From positions 819-64,818 of the IMG/VR virus record IMGVR_UViG_3300043775_000860: a stretch of DNA of 64,000 bases; one strand, written 5' to 3'. The position numbers and the translations under genes were made by a program. The notes under the pieces were generated by a model, which searched no databases, was not told the origin of the DNA, and was given only the letters and a program-made list of their open reading frames with translations. Below, piece after piece: positions 27,361 through 37,569 of the stretch (the stretch's first letter is position 1; each line of letters starts with the position of its first letter). This DNA comes from a virus. Its lineage: Duplodnaviria; Caudoviricetes.

Positions 27361-27923
27361 TGCAGTCACCATTCAACTTTATTGTAAAACCAATTGCAGG
27401 CAAGAGGTATAACAATACAAAAGATGTAGCAGGAATAGACCTAATCATAAATACCTCAGAAGAAGACCATAAGTTTTCCAACAGGTATGCAGAGGTTATA
27501 GAGGTTCCATACAAGTACGATGGTCCAATAAGCAAGGGCGACACCCTGCTTGTTCACCATAACGTATTTAAATTCTACAATGATATAAAGGGTAGGCAGA
27601 AAAGCGGTCGGTCGTTTTTTCGTGATGATGTATTCCTAATTGACCCTGAGCAGTTCTATCTTTATAAAAAAGATGGCAAGTGGCATACCTATGATAGGCA
27701 TTGCTTTGTAAAGCCAATAGCTGCTATTGATTCCTATATCAAGAAACCATTTACCAATGAACCCCTCATGGGTATTATGGTATATCCTAACGACTATCTC
27801 GTATCGCAAGGTGTACGAGAAGGGGACACCATATGCTTCAAACCCGACAGCGAATACGAGTTTGATATTGAAGGGGAGAAGCTATACCGAATATTCGACC
27901 ATCAAATAACAATTATACTATGA
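27360..27923 (+). CDS. tandem GroES-like domain protein
   Basis: Two FIVKP/CFVKP...(K/E)GDT units with GroES-like pattern. Confidence 0.6.
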   Translation: MQSPFNFIVKPIAGKRYNNTKDVAGIDLIINTSEEDHKFSNRYAEVIEVPYKYDGPISKGDTLLVHHNVFKFYNDIKGRQKSGRSFFRDDVFLIDPEQFYLYKKDGKWHTYDRHCFVKPIAAIDSYIKKPFTNEPLMGIMVYPNDYLVSQGVREGDTICFKPDSEYEFDIEGEKLYRIFDHQITIIL

Positions 27924-28396
27924 ATGTACTTTTATTCGACAACATTATTCAATCTCCTGTAGATTACGTTAATGACATCCTAGAGAATGACTTTGAGGAT
28001 ATTTACGATGGCGTAAATGTATTCAAGAACATACAGGCTAGGGACCATGACGATGAGTTTGCTCTCTTTGTCAAGGACTTGTTTTCTGACTACTTTGTGA
28101 AATGGAACTTTGTAAGGAAGTCGCCATTGCACCAAGAAGAACCAAACTTCATACACAGTGATGAGATGATGGGTGATGTTACTGCGGTTTTATACCTAAG
28201 CGGAAACCACCCGGAAGAAGATGGCACTACCCTGTATGATGATGACAACAAGCCTGCTTGCGTTATTCACTCAAAGTTTAATAGGGCGGTTATGTTTGAC
28301 TCTAGCGTCCCTCACTCTAGGAACATATTTGAGAACTTCGGAGAAGAAGACAACGCTAGATTGATTCAAGTCATATTTCTTAAAAAGAAGAGATGA
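27920..28396 (+). CDS. 2OG-Fe(II) oxygenase
   Basis: IHSD...TAVLYL...GTTLY...KFNRAVMFDS..PHS...RLIQVIF: HxD...H...R facial triad. Confidence 0.8.
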   Translation: MNVLLFDNIIQSPVDYVNDILENDFEDIYDGVNVFKNIQARDHDDEFALFVKDLFSDYFVKWNFVRKSPLHQEEPNFIHSDEMMGDVTAVLYLSGNHPEEDGTTLYDDDNKPACVIHSKFNRAVMFDSSVPHSRNIFENFGEEDNARLIQVIFLKKKR

Positions 28397-28686
28397 GAGA
28401 TTCAAAAGAAGTGAAGCTAAAGATAATCGAGGCGGGTCATCAAGCTGTCGAACAGCTTATTAAGGTGGCAAAGGAGGATATTATTAAGCATGACCCTGAG
28501 GATGAATTATCTGCAGACAGGCTTAAGAACGCTGCGGCTACTAAGAAACTTGCAATCTTTGACGCTTTTGAGATTCTCAACAGAATCGAGTCGGAGAGGG
28601 AGGCAATAGAAATGCTTGATAAAGGAATAAATAGAACAGATACAAAACAAGGATTTGCAGAAAGAAGGTCTATATCAGGTCGTTAA
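28393..28686 (+). CDS. hypothetical protein (possible terminase small subunit)
   Basis: Helical 97-aa ORF immediately upstream of the large terminase. Confidence 0.45.
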   Translation: MRDSKEVKLKIIEAGHQAVEQLIKVAKEDIIKHDPEDELSADRLKNAAATKKLAIFDAFEILNRIESEREAIEMLDKGINRTDTKQGFAERRSISGR

Positions 28687-30892
28687 AGACCATGTGCCGC
28701 CGACAGCCATATCAAAAAAGAACAGTGTTCGTTCTTGGCAGTATGGTTACAACGAGCAGTACGACATGGTGGTAATCTCCAAGACAGGACAGATTGGGCA
28801 GATTATCAGCATAGCAGGATTGACCATTGCCCTACCAAATACTCCCAAAGAGTGTCATCAAAGACACTCAACAAAGAGTGAGCAGTATTGGGAAAGAGTT
28901 GACCTTCCTAAAGAACTCAGCAAAATTCAGTCAATCTTCCAATGGAACGAGATGCCTACCGAGTTTAAGGACCGGTGGGTTGACTACATTGAGGAAGAGT
29001 TCAATCGTAGGGAGAATGGGTTTTGGTTCATGAACAATGGCATACCTACCTATATCCCCGGTTCGCATTATATGTATCTGCAATGGTCAAGTATTGACAT
29101 TGGATACCCCGACTACCGTGAAGCAAATAGGATATTCTACATTTTTTGGGAAGCATGCCGGGCAGACCCTAGGTGCTTCGGAATGATATACCTAAAGATT
29201 AGGCGTTCAGGATTCTCATTCATGTCATCCTCAGAGTGCGTCAATGTAGCTACACTTGCTAGAGACTCAAGGATTGGCATCCTGTCAAAGACGGGTGCTG
29301 ATGCCAAGAAGATGTTCACGGACAAGGTTGTGCCCATAAATAGCAGGTTGCCATTCTTCTTCCGTCCAATCATGGATGGTATGGACAAGCCTAAGACTGA
29401 GCTAGCCTACCGCGTACCGGCATCAAAGATTACAAAGAAGAACATGAGCAACACCTCAGACAACGAGGTTGATGGTTTGGATACCACAATAGATTGGAAG
29501 AATACCGAGGAGAATAGCTATGACGGTGAAAAGCTACTTTTTCTTGCGCACGATGAGAGCGCAAAATGGGTAAAACCCAATAATATTTTAAATAATTGGC
29601 GTGTAACAAAGACGTGTTTGAGGGTAGGTAGCAAGATTATTGGTAAATGCATGATGGGTTCTACCTCAAACGCCCTAAGTAAGGGCGGTGATAACTATAA
29701 AAAATTGTACGAAGACTCGTCATTGAGTAGTCGGAACGCCAACGGGCAGACTAAAAGTGGTCTATACTCCCTATTCATCCCAATGGAATGGAACATGGAG
29801 GGGTTCATTGACCGGTATGGAATGCCCGTATTCAGAAAGCCTGAGCAATCTATTATTGGTGTTGACGGGCAGAAGATAACAAATGGCGCTATTGACTATT
29901 GGGAGGCTGAGGTTGATTCACTCAAGAGTGATGCCGATGCGCTCAATGAGTTTTACAGGCAGTTCCCTAGAACAGAGGGGCATGCTTTTAGGGATGAGAG
30001 TAAGTCATCACTATTCAACCTGACAAAGATATACCATCAGATTGACTACAATGATTCGCTCATTGAGTCACACAATGTTTCACGTGGAACATTTCATTGG
30101 AAGGATGGCGACAAGGACGGTAAGGTTATATGGACTCCCGATTCTAGGGGTAGGTTCTTGATAAATTGGGTTCCTCCTCCCAACATGCAGAACAATGTTT
30201 TTACAAGGAACGGTGTAAAGTATCCGGGAAATGAGCACTTGGGGTCATTTGGATGTGACCCGTATGACATATCTGCCGTGGTTGGTGGCAGGGGGTCTAA
30301 TGGTTCTCTCCATGGGATGACCAAGTACCACATGGATGATGCCCCGGTCAATCAGTTCTTCCTTGAGTACATAGCTCGTCCTCAGACTGCGGAGATATTT
30401 TTCGAAGAAGTCCTTATGGCGTGCGTGTTCTACGGGATGCCAATGCTTGCTGAGAACAATAAGCCTAGGCTTCTATACCACTTCAAGAACAGGGGGTATA
30501 GGGCGTTTTCAATGAACAGGCCGGATAGGGTTCTGAACAAACTGAGCAAAACAGAGCGAGAACTTGGGGGTATACCCAACTCATCGGAGGAGGTTAAGCA
30601 GTCTCATGCCTCAGCTATCGAGACCTATATTGAGAAGTTTATAGGGTTTGACACTACAAGTACCTATAGGCCATCGGATGAAATAGGGTCAATGCCATTC
30701 ACAAGAACGCTAGAAGATTGGGCAAGATTTGATATTAATGACAGAACTAAGTTTGACGCTTCAATTAGTTCGGGTTTAGCTATTATGGCAAACCAAAAGA
30801 ACGTATATTTACCTGAGAAAAAAGAGTCGAAAATTAGTATTAATTTTGCTAGGTACACTAATAGTGGAACAACAAGTCAAATTATTCGATGA
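28655..30892 (+). CDS. terminase large subunit
   Basis: LKIRRSGFS Walker A variant, LAHDE Walker B, MGST motif III, FGCDPYD RNase H-like nuclease; start uncertain. Confidence 0.9.
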   Translation: MQKEGLYQVVKDHVPPTAISKKNSVRSWQYGYNEQYDMVVISKTGQIGQIISIAGLTIALPNTPKECHQRHSTKSEQYWERVDLPKELSKIQSIFQWNEMPTEFKDRWVDYIEEEFNRRENGFWFMNNGIPTYIPGSHYMYLQWSSIDIGYPDYREANRIFYIFWEACRADPRCFGMIYLKIRRSGFSFMSSSECVNVATLARDSRIGILSKTGADAKKMFTDKVVPINSRLPFFFRPIMDGMDKPKTELAYRVPASKITKKNMSNTSDNEVDGLDTTIDWKNTEENSYDGEKLLFLAHDESAKWVKPNNILNNWRVTKTCLRVGSKIIGKCMMGSTSNALSKGGDNYKKLYEDSSLSSRNANGQTKSGLYSLFIPMEWNMEGFIDRYGMPVFRKPEQSIIGVDGQKITNGAIDYWEAEVDSLKSDADALNEFYRQFPRTEGHAFRDESKSSLFNLTKIYHQIDYNDSLIESHNVSRGTFHWKDGDKDGKVIWTPDSRGRFLINWVPPPNMQNNVFTRNGVKYPGNEHLGSFGCDPYDISAVVGGRGSNGSLHGMTKYHMDDAPVNQFFLEYIARPQTAEIFFEEVLMACVFYGMPMLAENNKPRLLYHFKNRGYRAFSMNRPDRVLNKLSKTERELGGIPNSSEEVKQSHASAIETYIEKFIGFDTTSTYRPSDEIGSMPFTRTLEDWARFDINDRTKFDASISSGLAIMANQKNVYLPEKKESKISINFARYTNSGTTSQIIR

Positions 30893-33324
30893 AAGATGTA
30901 TCGGTATCAATAAATTCACAAGCGTTTCCGACTCAGTTCGTAACTGATTCCGAAAAAGCTTCAGACACCTTTGGTCTACAGGTAGGCCAAGCAATACAGT
31001 ATGAGTGGTTTCGTAAAGACGGAAACAGATGTAGGTACTACAATCAGTGGGGCGACTTTAATCGCCTACGCTTATACGCACGTGGCGAACAGTCTGTTCA
31101 AAAATACAAGAACGAGCTTGCTATAGATGGTGACTTGTCTTATTTAAATCTTGATTGGACTCCTGTACCAATACTTCCAAAATTTGTGGATGTTGTTGTA
31201 AACGGAATGTCTGACAGGCTTTTCAAGGTAAAGGCGTATGCGCAAGATGCAATGTCTCAAGCAAAACGCAATAAGTATCAGGACATGGTTGAGGGTCAAA
31301 TGGCAGCCAAAGATGTTCTGAGTACAATACAAGAAGCTACAGGGGTTAATCCATTTATGATGAATCCCGAAGAACTTCCTCAAACAGATGAGGAGTTGTC
31401 TTTATACATGCAGCTTAAGTACAAGCCTGCAATCGAGATAGCAGAAGAAGAAGCTATCAATACAATATTTGACGAGAACCATTACCAAGATACACGAAAG
31501 CGCATAGACTATGACATTACTGTAATTGGTATTGGCATTGCAAAGCATGAGTTTCTTCCCGGAGCAGGCGTTCAGGTATCATACGTAGACCCTGCAAATG
31601 TAGTTTATAGCTACACTGAAGACCCTTATTTTCAAGACTGCTTTTATTGGGGAGAGATTAAAACTGTTCCAATAACAGAGTTGATGAAGATTGACCCAAC
31701 CTTGACCCGTGAACAGTTGCAAGAGATTTCAACGTATTCTCAAAGTTGGTACGACTACTATAACGTAGCGCAGTTCTACGAGAATAGTTTGTTCAGCAGG
31801 GATACTGCTACTCTTCTTTACTACAACTATAAGACCACCAAGAAGATAGTTTATAAGAAGAAGATTCTTGAGTCCGGTGGTTCTAGGATGATTGAAAAGG
31901 ATGACAACTTTAACCCTCCTACCGAAATGATGGAAGAGGGCAAATTTGAAAAAATTGAAAAGACCATTGATGTATGGTATGAAGGTATCATGGTTATGGG
32001 CACGAACATACTTCTTAAGTGGAAGATGTCCGAAAATATGGTTCGTCCAAAGTCTGCTTCTCAGCACGCTTTGCCGAATTATGTAGCCGTTGCACCAAGA
32101 ATGTACAAGGGAGTTATTGAGTCTCTAGTTAGAAGGATGGTCCCATTCGCTGACCTCATTCAACTTACTCATCTAAAGCTTCAGCAGGTAATTGCACGTA
32201 CCGTTCCGGATGGCGTGTTCATTGATGCTGATGGTCTTAACGAGGTAGACCTTGGTACAGGTCAGGCTTACAATCCTGAGGACGCACTTCGTCTTTACTT
32301 CCAAACAGGTAGTGTTATTGGTAGGAGTTATACCCAAGACGGGGAGTTTAATAACGCCCGTGTACCAATTCAACAGCTTACCTCAAACTCCGGAGCATCT
32401 AAGACACAGATGTTGATAGCTAACTACAACCATTATCTAGACATGATTAGGTCTGTTACCGGACTTAACGAAGCTAGAGATGGTTCAACTCCGGACCCTA
32501 ATTCATTGGTAGGGGTTCAGAAGCTTGCGGCACTTAATTCAAACACCGCTACACGGCATATACTTGAGGGCGGTTTGTTTATATATAGGTCTCTTGCCGA
32601 GGCCCTTACCTACCGAGTTGCTGACATTCTGCAGTACGCAGACTTTAAAGATGATTTTGCCAATAAAATAGGCAAATACAATGTGTCTATTCTAAACGAC
32701 ATAAAGGATTTGTATGTATATGATTTTGGTATTTTCATTGAAATTTCTCCTGACGAAGAACAGAAAGCTCAGCTTGAAGCAAATATTCAAATGGCTCTAT
32801 CTAAGGGTGACATCAACCTTGAAGACGCAATAGACATACGTGAGATAAAGAATCTCAAGCTTGCCAATCAGCTTCTCAAAATGAAGAGAATCAAGAAGCA
32901 GGAGCGTGAGGAGAAGATGGAAATGCAGAAGCAGGCAATGATTTCTCAGCAACAACTGAAGTCTCAAGAGATGGCATCTCAGACTGCTATGCAAAAGATT
33001 CAGCTTGAAACTCAAGCTAAAATGCAGATTAAACAGGCTGAAGTCGCGTTTGATATACAGAGATTAAGGGCAGAAGCTGAGATGAAGCAGATGCTGATGG
33101 GAGAAGAATTCAACTATCAGATGCAGATAGCCGGCGTAAAAGAGAGTTCTTTGTTGTCTAGGGAGGATATGAAGGAAAAGTCAAAGGCAAAAAGAATCAG
33201 CCAACAGAATAGCGAGCAGTCTAAACTTATAAACCAAAGGAAGAATAACCTTCCTCCTTTGAATTTTGAATCAAACGAGGACACCCTAGATGGTTTCGAT
33301 TTGGCTGAGTTTGAACCTCGTTAA
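30889..33324 (+). CDS. portal protein
   Basis: 811 aa after terminase; PILPKFVDVVVNG, TGLNEARDGS and C-terminal coiled-coil barrel. Confidence 0.85.
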   Translation: MKDVSVSINSQAFPTQFVTDSEKASDTFGLQVGQAIQYEWFRKDGNRCRYYNQWGDFNRLRLYARGEQSVQKYKNELAIDGDLSYLNLDWTPVPILPKFVDVVVNGMSDRLFKVKAYAQDAMSQAKRNKYQDMVEGQMAAKDVLSTIQEATGVNPFMMNPEELPQTDEELSLYMQLKYKPAIEIAEEEAINTIFDENHYQDTRKRIDYDITVIGIGIAKHEFLPGAGVQVSYVDPANVVYSYTEDPYFQDCFYWGEIKTVPITELMKIDPTLTREQLQEISTYSQSWYDYYNVAQFYENSLFSRDTATLLYYNYKTTKKIVYKKKILESGGSRMIEKDDNFNPPTEMMEEGKFEKIEKTIDVWYEGIMVMGTNILLKWKMSENMVRPKSASQHALPNYVAVAPRMYKGVIESLVRRMVPFADLIQLTHLKLQQVIARTVPDGVFIDADGLNEVDLGTGQAYNPEDALRLYFQTGSVIGRSYTQDGEFNNARVPIQQLTSNSGASKTQMLIANYNHYLDMIRSVTGLNEARDGSTPDPNSLVGVQKLAALNSNTATRHILEGGLFIYRSLAEALTYRVADILQYADFKDDFANKIGKYNVSILNDIKDLYVYDFGIFIEISPDEEQKAQLEANIQMALSKGDINLEDAIDIREIKNLKLANQLLKMKRIKKQEREEKMEMQKQAMISQQQLKSQEMASQTAMQKIQLETQAKMQIKQAEVAFDIQRLRAEAEMKQMLMGEEFNYQMQIAGVKESSLLSREDMKEKSKAKRISQQNSEQSKLINQRKNNLPPLNFESNEDTLDGFDLAEFEPR

Positions 33325-33373
33325 AAAAATTCAAGTTTTTTGTATAAATTTGTAACAAATTAAATCTAATCTA

Positions 33374-34480
33374 ATGGAATTTAAAGTGAGAGCACTCGAT
33401 GAGGTTGACTCAAAAAGCATTCAACAAGTTGAAAACGAACTTCTTCAAAAGCACGAACAACAATTGAATGGTGATTTTACGGAAAGTGAACCTAACATAG
33501 ACACTTCTCAGATAGATACTCAAACGGAAAGCGAAGGTGCTCAAGCGCCTGAGTTGACGGAAGAGCAAGTTCTTTCATATATTGGACAGCGTTATAATAA
33601 GCAAATCAATTCATTTGATGAGTTGGTGTCTGAGCGTCAGGAAAGCGAACAACTTCCTGAGGACGTGGCAGCTTATATGAAGTATAAAAAAGAAACGGGT
33701 CGTGGATTTGAAGATTTCCTTAAATTAAATAAGGACTTTGATAGCATGGACCCGGATACCATACTTCGTGAATATCTTACTTCTACACAAAAAGGTCTCG
33801 ACAGTGATGACATTGATGTGTTAATGGAGGAGTACTTGTACGATGAAGACATTGACGATGACTCTAAGATTAAAAAGATAAAGATTGCACGAAAAAAGGC
33901 TATTGCGGAAGCCAAGAACTACTTCAATGAACAGAAGGAAAAGTATAAACTGCCTCTTGAGTCAAGAGCAAATGGTTTATCTCCGGAGGAAAATGAAGGA
34001 TTTGAGGCATACCGTCAATATACACAACAGGCAAAAACCTTGCAGGAGGAAAACGAGCGTAAGCGCAATTGGTTTAACCAAAAATCAGATGAGGTCTTTA
34101 GTAAAGACTTCAAAGGTTTTGAGTTCGATATTGATGATAAGAAGATTGTTTTTTCTCCCGGTTCAGCAGCAGAATTAAAAAAGCTACAATCAAACCCAAT
34201 GAACTTTATAAACAAGTACTTGGATGAGAGTGGTCTTATTACTGATGCGGCAGGATACCATAAGGCTTTGTCAATCGCAATGAATCCCGACAGATTTGCC
34301 AAGTACTTTTATGAACAAGGTCAGGCAGATGCAACCGAGGATGTGATACGCAAGACAAAAAATATTAATATGTCTGAGCGAAAAGCACCTGAGGCTATAA
34401 GTAAAGGAGGAATGCAGGTGAAGGCGGTTGCACCGGATTCCGGAAGGAGTCTAAAAATCCGCAGTATAAAGAAAATTTAA
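33374..34480 (+). CDS. putative scaffolding protein
   Basis: Acidic helical protein between portal and capsid; preceded by TAAATTTG box (33345-33352). Confidence 0.55.
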   Translation: MEFKVRALDEVDSKSIQQVENELLQKHEQQLNGDFTESEPNIDTSQIDTQTESEGAQAPELTEEQVLSYIGQRYNKQINSFDELVSERQESEQLPEDVAAYMKYKKETGRGFEDFLKLNKDFDSMDPDTILREYLTSTQKGLDSDDIDVLMEEYLYDEDIDDDSKIKKIKIARKKAIAEAKNYFNEQKEKYKLPLESRANGLSPEENEGFEAYRQYTQQAKTLQEENERKRNWFNQKSDEVFSKDFKGFEFDIDDKKIVFSPGSAAELKKLQSNPMNFINKYLDESGLITDAAGYHKALSIAMNPDRFAKYFYEQGQADATEDVIRKTKNINMSERKAPEAISKGGMQVKAVAPDSGRSLKIRSIKKI

Positions 34481-34499
34481 AAATTAAAAACTTAAAAAA

Positions 34500-35921
34500 A
34501 TGGCAGTTTTACCATCACCCGGGTATCAGCTTCAGCCAAGTGCGGAGCAGGTCCCATTGTCCACGAACTATATTACCAACTTTAACTTCTTGAATCAGTA
34601 TCTTCCTGATACTTATGAGAAGGAGTTTGAGCGTTATGGTAATCGTACTGTAGCATCTTTCCTCCGTATGGTAGGTGCTGAAATGCCTTCTAACTCTGAC
34701 ATGATTAAGTGGGCAGAACAAGGTCGTCTTCACACTAAATATGTGAACTGCGATTCTTCTGCTGCTGCTGCTGCAGATTCTGCTACCATCACCGTAAGTG
34801 ATGCCAACGTAAGTGGTATTGCTATCCGTGCAGGTCAGACTGTTTTCATCTCTGAGAACTCTAGTGGTCTTTCTAACAAAGGTATTGTTACTGCGGTTAA
34901 CACCACAGCAGGTACTTTTGATGTAGCCTACTACGAAGCAGGTGGTCAAACATTCCCCGGTACAGGAACTCTTTCTGTATGGATTTACGGTTCTGAGTTT
35001 AAGAAAGGAACTGTAGGAATGATTGGTTCTTTGGAAGCTGAAGATGAAATCTTCGACAACTCTCCAATCATCATTAAGGACAAATACGCTGTAAGCGGTT
35101 CTGACATGGCTCAGATTGGATGGGTTGAGGTAACTACCGAGAACGGTGCTACCGGATACCTTTGGTATTTGAAGAGTGAGCACGAAACTCGTCTGCGTTT
35201 CGAGGACTACCTTGAGACTGCAATGATTGAGGCTGTGCCTGCTGAAAGTGGTTCAGGTGCTGCTAACGCATCTATCAACCCAATCTACGGTAACAAAGGT
35301 TCTGAAGGTATCTTCTACGTTGTTAACGACCGTGGTAACGTGTGGGGCGGTGGAAACCCGACTACACTTGTTGATTTTGACAGCATCATCTCTCGTCTTG
35401 ACAAGCAGGGCGCTATCGAAGAGAACGTAATCTTCGTTAACCGTGCCTTCAGCTTTGACATTGACGATATGCTTGCTTCTCAGAACAGCTATGGTGCAAA
35501 CGGTACTTCCTATGGTCTTTTCGACAACGATAAGGACATGGCGTTGAACCTTGGTTTCACAGGATTCCGTAGGGGTTACGACTTCTACAAGTCTGATTGG
35601 AAATACCTGAACGACCCAACCATGCGTGGTGGATTGCCTACAGGTGCACAAGCTGCAGGTACTGTAACAGGTCTTTTGGTTCCTGCCGGTTCAACTACTG
35701 TGTACGACCAAATCCTTGGCAAGAACGCTAAGCGTCCTTTCCTCCATGTTCGTTACCGTGCTTCTGAAACTGAAGACCGTAGGTATAAGACTTGGATTAC
35801 AGGTTCTGCCGGTGGTGCTCAAACAAGCGACCTCGATGCAATGGAAGTCAACTTCCTCTCTGAGCGTTGCGTTTGTACCCTTGGTGCTAACAACTTCGTG
35901 TTGTTCCGCTACGGTTCATAG
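34500..35921 (+). CDS. major capsid protein
   Basis: 473 aa, strongly biased codons, IKWAEQGRLH motif, position after scaffold, followed by a hairpin. Confidence 0.85.
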   Translation: MAVLPSPGYQLQPSAEQVPLSTNYITNFNFLNQYLPDTYEKEFERYGNRTVASFLRMVGAEMPSNSDMIKWAEQGRLHTKYVNCDSSAAAAADSATITVSDANVSGIAIRAGQTVFISENSSGLSNKGIVTAVNTTAGTFDVAYYEAGGQTFPGTGTLSVWIYGSEFKKGTVGMIGSLEAEDEIFDNSPIIIKDKYAVSGSDMAQIGWVEVTTENGATGYLWYLKSEHETRLRFEDYLETAMIEAVPAESGSGAANASINPIYGNKGSEGIFYVVNDRGNVWGGGNPTTLVDFDSIISRLDKQGAIEENVIFVNRAFSFDIDDMLASQNSYGANGTSYGLFDNDKDMALNLGFTGFRRGYDFYKSDWKYLNDPTMRGGLPTGAQAAGTVTGLLVPAGSTTVYDQILGKNAKRPFLHVRYRASETEDRRYKTWITGSAGGAQTSDLDAMEVNFLSERCVCTLGANNFVLFRYGS

Positions 35922-35935
35922 TCCGAAGAAAAACA

Positions 35936-35976
35936 ATAAAGGGTGGGGTGTCTTCAAAGACACTCCCCCTTATTTT
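35936..35976 (+). terminator. hairpin after capsid gene built on the dispersed palindrome
   Basis: AAGGGTGGG-GTGTCTTCAAAGACAC-TCCCCCTTATTTT. Confidence 0.55.
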
Positions 35977-35999
35977 AAAATTTAATTAAATTATATCTA

Positions 36000-36746
36000 A
36001 TGAAAAGTAAGTTGGTTCCTGCTGACAGGATTTATAAGCTTAAGGGAGATTCTGCTCCACTATCATACACTATACCATCAAGAAACACAAGGAGATTCCC
36101 TCTTCTTTGGTTTGATGAAGAAAATAATGTTAATAGACCTCTGAGGTATGCCATCAATCAAAAGACTCCTTTCGAGGACGAACAGGATGGAAACGCTATC
36201 GTAGAGCCTATTATTTTTGAGAACGGATTCCTAAGTGTTCCCAAAAACAACCCTGTACTGCAGGAGTTTTTGCATTACCACCCGCTAAACGGAAGGACAT
36301 TCGTTGAGGTAGACAACGAGAAAGACGCTGCAAAAGAGGTAGAGGTATTGAACTTTGAGGTAGATGCTCTGATTCAAGCTCGTCAGCTGTCAATAGAACA
36401 GCTAGAGACTGTATCAAGGGTATTGTTCGGAAAAGACCCATCAAGGTTTACCACTGCTGAGTTGAAAAGAGATGTTCTGATTTATGCCAAAAGGGACCCA
36501 AGAGGATTCCTGAACGTAATTTCAGACCCAATGTTGCAGCTTCAATCCAATGTGCACATATTTTTTGAGAATAAATTATTGACATTTAGGAACGGGCATA
36601 AGGAGGTTTGGTTCAATTCTACCTCTAACAAGAAGAAAATGCTGACAGTGCCGTATGGTCAAGACCCATACTTTACGGTTGCTGAGTTCCTAAAAACTGA
36701 CGAAGGTATTGATGCGCTTAAGATGCTTGAGAACTACTTGGCATAG
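36000..36746 (+). CDS. hypothetical structural-module protein
   Basis: 248-aa ORF after capsid. Confidence 0.7.
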   Translation: MKSKLVPADRIYKLKGDSAPLSYTIPSRNTRRFPLLWFDEENNVNRPLRYAINQKTPFEDEQDGNAIVEPIIFENGFLSVPKNNPVLQEFLHYHPLNGRTFVEVDNEKDAAKEVEVLNFEVDALIQARQLSIEQLETVSRVLFGKDPSRFTTAELKRDVLIYAKRDPRGFLNVISDPMLQLQSNVHIFFENKLLTFRNGHKEVWFNSTSNKKKMLTVPYGQDPYFTVAEFLKTDEGIDALKMLENYLA

Positions 36747-36774
36747 TTTAGTGTATTCATAGTGTTTGGTTACG

Positions 36775-36802
36775 GAGGGTATTTCTATACCCTCTTTTTT
36801 TT
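36775..36802 (+). terminator. intrinsic terminator
   Basis: GAGGGTAT-TTCT-ATACCCTC followed by T8; a TATATTTG box follows at 36806-36813. Confidence 0.8.
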
Positions 36803-36826
36803 GTTTATATTTGTAAAAAGAATACA

Positions 36827-37567
36827 ATGATAAATTCTGTAAGAAACACCGTATTGTCTATCCTAAATAAGAACAATTACGGATATATATCACCTTCAGA
36901 TTTTAACTTATACTCAAAGCAATCTCAGCTAGAAGTATTTGAGGAGTACTTTTCTGAGTATAATAAGATAACTAATATGCAAAATACACGAACTGCAGGT
37001 TCGGATTATGCAGATATTAGGAAGCCTATTGAAGAGGCTATGGAACTTTTTTCTCAAACGTCTACGCTGACTCAAGTAGCTCCCGCTTCAAATAGATTCT
37101 ATCTTCCGTCTTTAACTACAACAGGATATGATTATTTTTTAATAAATAAAGTATTGTGCTATGATGGTTCAGGGGCACAAAGGGTATTCAAAGGAGAAGC
37201 TGAAAAGGTTACTCATAGTAAAATTACCATGTTGGTCAACTCGTTGCTTACGACTCCTACAGAAACTTATCCTGCATATACCCAAGAGGGAGCAGTAATG
37301 ACCGTATACCCTACATCTATCAATCTGCCTAACGAAGTAGATGCTCAATACTTTAGGTATCCTAAAGACCCGAAGTGGACATATATTACACTTGCAAATG
37401 GAGAACCCGTGTTTGACCAATCACAACCCGACTATCAAGATTTTGAGGTTCCTGTAGAGGACGAGTATAAACTTGTTAGCAAGATACTTCAATACGCAGG
37501 AATGTCTATAAGGGAAATAGCTGCTGTTCAATTTGGCGGAGCTGAAGAACAAAAACAATCTGTATAA
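36827..37567 (+). CDS. head-tail adaptor / tail ring protein
   Basis: LNKNNYGYISPSDFN...YFRYPKDPKW; synteny. Confidence 0.6.
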   Translation: MINSVRNTVLSILNKNNYGYISPSDFNLYSKQSQLEVFEEYFSEYNKITNMQNTRTAGSDYADIRKPIEEAMELFSQTSTLTQVAPASNRFYLPSLTTTGYDYFLINKVLCYDGSGAQRVFKGEAEKVTHSKITMLVNSLLTTPTETYPAYTQEGAVMTVYPTSINLPNEVDAQYFRYPKDPKWTYITLANGEPVFDQSQPDYQDFEVPVEDEYKLVSKILQYAGMSIREIAAVQFGGAEEQKQSV

Positions 37568-37569
37568 TC

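Noticed and set aside
34515-35651. Long antisense ORFs opposite the capsid gene
   Set aside because: Expected shadow of strong codon bias; no recognisable protein features
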